Shown here: piece by piece, positions 56,903-64,000 of the stretch
Position numbering within the stretch: position 1 is the first letter of the stretch
How the letters are laid out: each line of letters opens with the position of its first letter
Assembly: GCF_009914755.1 (NCBI RefSeq)
Contig: NC_060934.1
Reading direction: 5' to 3' (one strand)
DNA length: 64,000 nt
Source: the human T2T-CHM13v2.0 reference genome, Homo sapiens
Position numbers and translations under genes: made by a program
The notes under the pieces: generated by a model
The model's database searches: none
The model's input: the letters and a program-made list of their open reading frames with translations, nothing else
Told to the model about the DNA's origin: nothing

Positions 56903-57245
56903 TGTCCTAGTCGGCCTGGGCTGCCATAACAAGTGCCATTGACTGGGGACTTCAACAGCAGACGTTTATTTTTTCACAGTTCTGGAGGCTGGAAGGCTGA
57001 TATCAGGGGGTCGGCATGGCCAGTTTCTGGTGAGGCCCCTTTTCTGGGCTTGTAAGCAGGTGCCGGCTTGCTGTGTGCTCACATGGCCTCTTTGTGCATT
57101 CATGAGGGTGCTCTCTGGTGTCTCTTCCTCCTAGGACACTGATCCTGTCATGTGGGAGTCCCACCCTTATGCCTTCATTTCACCTGAATTACTCCACAAA
57201 GGCCCTGTCTCCAGATGCAGTCACATTGGGGGTTAGGACTCCCCA
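56903..57245 (-). mobile_element. MaLR LTR (MLT1A-like)
   Basis: gggctgccataacaa...tttcacagttctggaggctggaag...tctccagatgcagtcacattgggggttaggact. Confidence 0.7.
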
Positions 57246-58824
57246 TCTGGGCTCACAGGCCTTGCTGCTTACAAGCTGTGTGACCTTGGTCAGGTCTCTG
57301 TCTCCTGGGGCCTCCATCTTCTCCTTTCTAGAGTGGAGATAATGGTTCTTGCCTCATAGGCTCGTTTACCCAGTGGGTACGACTTACTGAGGGCCACCTG
57401 ACAGCCAGGCACCTGGGCCTTGGGGATGTCCATTAGGGACAGCAAATACCTTGGGCACGAGGACAAAATCAGATCATGGATCCTGAGTGACACCACCGTC
57501 CTTACCCAGATGCAAGGCTCAGTATAATGTTGTATTAATATTTTACTCTTTAAACAATAGTGCCTACTTTCTTTATTTTCAGTAATTTAAAATAAGGAAG
57601 AGGCAACCTGGGGCTGGTCCCTGGTGGTCAGAATGGGTCTCTGGTGACGGCTCAAAGGGGGGTGTGGTCCGGGGCGCAGAAGGACAGAACCCAATGGGAG
57701 CGGACTTACCCCAGCATTTCACATCCGATTTTTCAGGGACAGATTTCGTCTCTAAAACTAGCACTTGATATTATAAGAGCATATAGGCTGAATGAACTTA
57801 TATTGCTATTTCAGAGGAGGCCAGTGGCTTAAGAGTCCCAAAGTGAGTTCTGTGACTTACTCATGTTTCATCCACATCTGAAGTTGTGTTTGGAATAACA
57901 GATGTGAGGCACTGTCATCTCACTGTCACATCGATTGCTCACTGTTCTGAGAAGGTCACATCATCATTCATTAGCAATAATTAGTCCCAGGGGACCCCCT
58001 GCACTTCTTCACTCAACTGCTCCATTAACTTGGGTGCAAATCACACGTTCCAGGTGCCAATCAATGGAGATCTATCCATAATGTACAAGGTGACGCTATT
58101 AGTTACAATATATTAACTGCCTAATTTAAAAATAAAACTATCTTTATGAAGGGCAATTAACCACTAAGTGTAATTGATAATTCATAAACCTCTGATTAGG
58201 AAAGACAAATAATAAGAAAGGAATGAATCACCCATCCTATTGAAGAAGACGTTGCCAGCCTCTGGTCTGCATTCACTATGTGGTCAGCAGATCTACAGAT
58301 TTCTTCCTAAATTGCACCTGTCAGCTCCAGGGCTGGGGGTCTGGAGGCTCATTTCAGTGCAGAAACATGTGTTTTCACCACTGAAGCCTGTCTGTTTCTG
58401 TTGGGGGTTATAAGGAGGCTGCAGGCTCAGGACACCCTCAGGGAAGTAGTGGGTGAGGTCATTTAGACTTCTCAGTCAGTCAGTCATTCAGCAAATGTTA
58501 ATGGGGGATTGTGGAGTGCCAAGCCCTGTGGGAAGCCCTGGGGATGCCGTGGAGACCCGAATAGATTCATCCCTGAACTCCTGGAGCTCGTAGGCCAGTG
58601 AGAAAGACAATTGCGTAAATCAGATGATTGGAGACACTGGTTAGTGTTACAAACAAAAACTGACAGATAGAGACAGGGCGGAGGCAATGGCACACTGGAT
58701 GGTGGGAGGAAGGGACATTGGCCTGAGTCCTGCCACCTTTTTGTAGTAGCTGTCACTACCACTCATGGCTGTATTTGGGGCCCTCTCTCGCTGGTGGGGA
58801 ATCGTGCCTGGCTTATCTGCCCCC

Positions 58825-59134
<310 letters not shown>

Positions 59135-60943
59135 TTATCTGCCCTCTCAGTGGTCCTCCACTCCAGCCTCATTTCCTGGCTCCACCTTCCACATACCCCA
59201 CGCTGCTCGAGTTCTTTCTATCCGAGAGGGTGGGGCCAGTGCACACCTGCCTGTGCGCAAGGTGGGTGGCCCTTCCCACCACCTGGCCTGCCCTTTCCTG
59301 CCATCTCCTTGTCCGTCCCTCAGGTCTCCAGTTGGGCCTGAATCCCCAGTCTTTTAAGACCCCACACTGGGCTGTGTCCTTTCCCCACTATGTGGGAGAG
59401 CTCCAGGAGTGCTGATTTCCTGTTCCTGACTCCACTGTGTGTAGATATCAGCTCCATCTCCAAAGTCTCAGGCTCAAGAGCGGAACAGAAAGCCCTTGAC
59501 ATTTCTGGGATTCAGTCCCTCACCCATAACATGGATAAATTACATTCACACTGGGTTCAGTTTGAGTTGAGTTTTTAGTTGGGTCTCACTTGCTCAGATG
59601 GAAGTTGATTTCAAGCCGTAGTTCTAGTAACTGGGTTGAATCTGCGTGTATTCATTTCATTGGGCCACATCTGTAAACAGAACTTGAGCACATGCCTCCT
59701 CTCTATGTGTGTTTTCTATAAATTTTAAATTATTCATTTAACACTATTGCTTAGGTTATAAAAAATACACAACTTGAAAGAATAGGTGAAGAGCCAAGAT
59801 GTCTGCATCTTTGGAGATCAGTGGAATGTGTGTGTTTCGGGACCTGTCTGAGAACAGTGCCAGATGCAATTAGCATGGCTGATTAATTTTACTAGGGTTT
59901 CTTAAAAGTGCCTCCCGGCCCTTGGGCTTGCAGCTTGATGTCTTTTCCACGAGTCCACACTGCAGCTCCATGCAGATGTCAAATATGACCGCTGCCTTGT
60001 TGGGGCCGGTTTGTCCAGGAAGGGATCTTGTGATCTTGGCGAGGGAGCCAGGTCCTGCCTGTCACCCTCCCCCCAGGTCTGAGTGACCCACCCCGCCTGC
60101 CTCTGTAGGTTCCTCTAGCACGCTCGGGTCCCTTCCTGGTGGGCGCCAGGTCCTCCAGCCTCCTCTCCCTGCACAGAAGCACCACACCCTGGCCCTCTCT
60201 CTTGCTTCCCCAGGGAGGCCTCCCCTGACCTTCCTACCCCACCTTGTCACCCTCTGTCTGCTCACCCTGTTTATATTCTGCATAGCGTCTCTCTCTTCTC
60301 AGTCACAAATTGCCCTTCCTTTGCAGGGTCTCTTGTTCCTATTCCAACCTCCTCCTATTCCAACCTGGATGGTGGCCTGGAGATCAGGGAACTTTTCCAT
60401 GCTCACGACTACAGCTCTGTGCACCAGGCCAGTGCCAGGCACGTAGTAGGCGCTCAGTGACAGTTTGCAGAAGGGTGGATGTTACTTCATTTGGTGTGTT
60501 CTGAGAACTTGCCCAGGTGCAGCCTGGATTCGCGGGTCTCCTATGAAGTCAGGAGGGAAGAAGCTCGGTGCCGCCGGCCAGTGGCAGCATCCTGAAGTTC
60601 ATGAGACCTCCAGGCTGGGTTTGGGCAGGGTCCACGTCCTGTCTGTCCATCCCGGAATGTTGGTGTCCCTGATGACTTTGGCAAACCTTTCTCCATTGAC
60701 AGTGATGAGAAGACAAACCTGTCTCGGGCCATCTGCCTTTGTACTTTTTGGGAAGTATGGATCCAGAGTTAGTAAGGCGTGGACGTGTGCAGCTCACTTG
60801 CAAGTGGAAATGCCAAATGTGGTGGAAAGGGACAGAGAAATAGCTGTGGACATTCAGAGGTGGCCCCTAGCCAGGCTGAGCAGGATTGTGGAGAGGAGGT
60901 ATTGCATGGATCTCAGGGGCTGGGTAGAAGTGGCCAGGCAGGT

Positions 60944-61417
<474 letters not shown>

Positions 61418-61592
61418 TCAGAAATCCCAGCCTGAACACATCCTGGATCAGCCAGGACCCCCTCAGGGGCTCGCAGTGGCCTAGTCTGCTCTGGGCTTTG
61501 CTGGATGCCCTTCGAGAATCACCGCGCAACCTCCTTCAGAGGCCCAACACTCCACGTGCTGACTTCCCGGGCCTGTGTCTCCCCTGCCGCAG

Positions 61593-61780
61593 ACTGAAGC
61601 GTTCCCGGCTGAAGGTGAGGTTCTGCACCAACGAGTCGCAGAAGTCCCGGGCAGAGCTGGTGGGGCAGCTTCAGAGGCTGGGATTTGACATCTCTGAGCA
61701 GGAGGTGACCGCCCCGGCACCAGCTGCCTGCCAGATCCTGAAGGAGCGAGGCCTGCGACCATACCTGCTCATCCATGACG
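61593..61780 (+). CDS. LHPP: LHPP coding exon 2
   Basis: Acceptor tctcccctgccgcAG|A with branch-like CTGAC at 61559-61563. Phase matches exon 1 (AG+A = Arg42). Translates LKRSRLKVRFCTNESQKSRAELVGQLQRLGFDISEQEVTAPAPAACQILKERGLRPYLLIHD, including HAD motif II T54-N55. Donor ACG|GTAGGC. The gene continues beyond the window. Confidence 0.97.
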
Positions 61781-62118
61781 GTAGGCCTGTCGGACACCAG
61801 GACCTCACGGGGGTGAAAGCTCCCCTTTCCCAGGGTGGGGGCTGTGCAGAGAGCCTCTTTCACTGGGCCAAACCACTGACTGAGCTAGGCCACCAACACT
61901 CATGGGTTGGGGGTAAAAACCTCATGGGACTTCCTGCTGGGGGCTGGGGGCAGGTTAGGACCCAGCTCTGTCCATTCCTTGGCCTCACACCAGAGGGTCC
62001 TTAGAGCAGGTTCTGGATGGCTCCTGGGAGGAAAATCCTAGGCTCTCTTTCCTGATCTAGGATGGACCAAGCGGCCAGGGAATTGTCAAGGTGGCGGAGT
62101 TCTAGCTCCTGTTGAGAA

Positions 62119-62119
<1 letters not shown>

Positions 62120-62149
<30 letters not shown>
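62120..62149. repeat. (GA)n microsatellite
   Basis: Direct reading. Confidence 0.85.
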
Positions 62150-63054
62150 AAATGAGAATGAGAATGAATGAATATAAATGAGAAGCTACATTGAGGTCCA
62201 TAGCTTCTAACGTCTGGCACCATAGCCTTCAACTATGTGAAAACCAGCCCTGCTCTTTGGAACAGTTTGCAAATGGCGTAGGAACAAGGTTTGCATCCTG
62301 ATTTTAGTCTGAATGCAAGAACAGACAGCCCCTTTGACCCTCAGTGGGGAGGTTTTCTTGGAATGAAGCAGAAGGAACAATATTACTGGTGCCTCCTGAA
62401 TATTTAAAAAGAAGAGACATTAACAATTCCAGACACTTCTCCATTGGTCCACTGCACCTTCTTCCTTCCTCTGCACTTGATATTTTTAGTTTTACAAACT
62501 GCTAGGCAGAGGCAAGCATGGTTTTTTCCTTTCCAGGGCAAGGTGGGGGCTCTCAAGAAGTGGCGGGTGCTCCCTGGAAAGCCTAGATGTCGACTTCATA
62601 GCCCTGGTGCCAGTTAAGGGTGACAGGCCTGGCCTTTAGAAATCATGTTTCTCAAAATTCCTTCTCTGTAATCTAGGATCCCTGCTAGTGCCTTTAGAAC
62701 ATGGTCTTCAAAGAAAGAAGATTTAAGAAAAATATCTTGCCCCACCCTCCAGAAAAGGGTTGCTGGACCCGGGAGTGGAGCTGGAAGAAGCCAGCAGGAG
62801 AGGGAAGTGGGCATCCGCTTGGAGGGTGGCCTTGGCCAGTGAATCAGACAAGCAGACGGCAAAGCTGGGAGGCTGAAGGGAGGATGAATGCCCTTCCTCA
62901 GCTGTAATCCTGCATCCGTGTTTTCAATAACTAGACCCTTGTTTTCAGACTTGGAATTTTTTTTTTCAGTCATTGGTGGATTTTCTGTCTAACATTTTAT
63001 GAAAATTTTCAAGCATCCAACAAAGTTCAAATAATTTTTACTTGGAATAGTTTT

Positions 63055-63352
63055 GGTTTTTTTTTTTGGAGACAGAGTCTTGCTCTGTCACCCAGGCTGG
63101 AGTACAACAGTGGTGTGATCTTGGCTTCCTGTGACTTCCGCTTCCCTGGTTCAAGCGATTCTTCTGCCTCAGCCCCCCAAGTAGCTGGGGTTACAGGTGT
63201 GTGCCACCACGCCCGCCTAATTTTTGTATTTTTAGTAGAGATGGGGTTTCACCATGTTGGCCAGGCTCGTCTTAAACTCCTGACCTCAGGTGATCCACCC
63301 ACCTTGGCCTCCCAAAGTGCTGGGATTACAGGCGTGAGCCACCGCCTCCGGT
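63055..63352 (-). mobile_element. AluS
   Basis: Alu consensus. Confidence 0.9.
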
Positions 63353-63539
63353 CTTACTTGGCATAGTTTTATACCCTTCACCTAGATTGTCAATGACATT
63401 TTTTGATATTTTCTTCACTTTATATCCATCCATCCCTCCGTCTGTCTATCCATGTTATTATTTAGATGCATTTCCGAGTAAAATGCAGACACAGGTATAC
63501 TCCCCTATACACTTCAGCATATCATTGGAGTTTGGTATT

Positions 63540-64000
63540 TGTTTACGGTTTTTCCTGTTTGATGTAAAATTTACATACAATGAAATGTACACACGTCAAG
63601 TGTACTTTTGCTGAGTTTTGACATATGCATGCACCCATGGAACCCAACCCCGTGAAGAGCTAGACCATCACCATCACTGACAGCTCTGACAGCTACCTCG
63701 CACCTTGCCCAGGTGGTCTTCACCCCTTGTCCCCTTAGAGGCAACCACTGTTTGGATTTTTTCCGTTATAAATAAGTTTTCCTATTCTAGAATTTTATGT
63801 AAATAGAATCATACAGTATATAATTGTGCTGGGGCCTCCAGTGCTACCCCCAGGCTGAATGATTCATTAGCAGGACTCACAGAACTTAGAAAAGATATTA
63901 CACTCCCAGTTAGACTTATTACCGTGAAAGAATAAAGATTAAATTCAGCGAAGAGAGGAGACACATGGGGCAAAGTCTAGGAGAAGACAGGCATGAACTT
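63540..64000 (-). mobile_element. Old L1M fragment (~63540-63823) followed by a MER21-like LTR (~63824-64000)
   Basis: gaggcaaccactgttt...ttctagaattttatgtaaatagaatcatacagtat (L1M antisense); ccccaggctgaatgattcattagcaggactcacagaac (MER21-like). Confidence 0.55.

Noticed and set aside
60337-60366. Short direct repeat tcctattccaacct x2
   Set aside because: Small slippage duplication with no evident function.
61498-62004. 168 aa ORF as a stand-alone gene
   Set aside because: Only 61593-61780 is LHPP exon 2; the flanks are intron read-through.

Overview
Primate, most likely human, genomic DNA, recognisable as the NKX1-2 / LHPP locus (10q26.13 from prior knowledge). It is not microbial. It contains the complete two-exon NK1-class homeobox gene NKX1-2 on the minus strand (CDS 26158-25945 joined to 24362-23644, 310 aa, with an eh1 motif and a homeodomain). 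Transcribed divergently on the plus strand are coding exons 1-2 of the HAD-family phosphatase LHPP (38068-38192 and 61593-61780, separated by a 23.4 kb intron). The rest is mostly interspersed repeat: roughly 60-70 Alu copies or fragments, old L1/L2/MIR, MaLR/ERV LTRs and hAT remnants, plus microsatellites and a ~1.6 kb almost pure A/T tract in LHPP intron 1. Almost all other ORFs in the track are Alu, GC-rich or low-complexity artefacts. I see no convincing new gene system. The most unusual sequence-level observations are: (1) a TSD-bounded chimeric insertion of an Alu plus a ~190 bp copy of DNA from 2.1 kb away; (2) a second ~190 bp local duplication; (3) an out-of-frame AUG in NKX1-2 exon 1, in better Kozak context than the main AUG, whose 68-codon ORF stops at a TGA formed by the splice junction; (4) candidate TCF/OCT/SOX and homeodomain enhancers, including inside LHPP intron 1; (5) an inverted Alu pair with its centre deleted. 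Repeat family names and boundaries were assigned by eye and are approximate.
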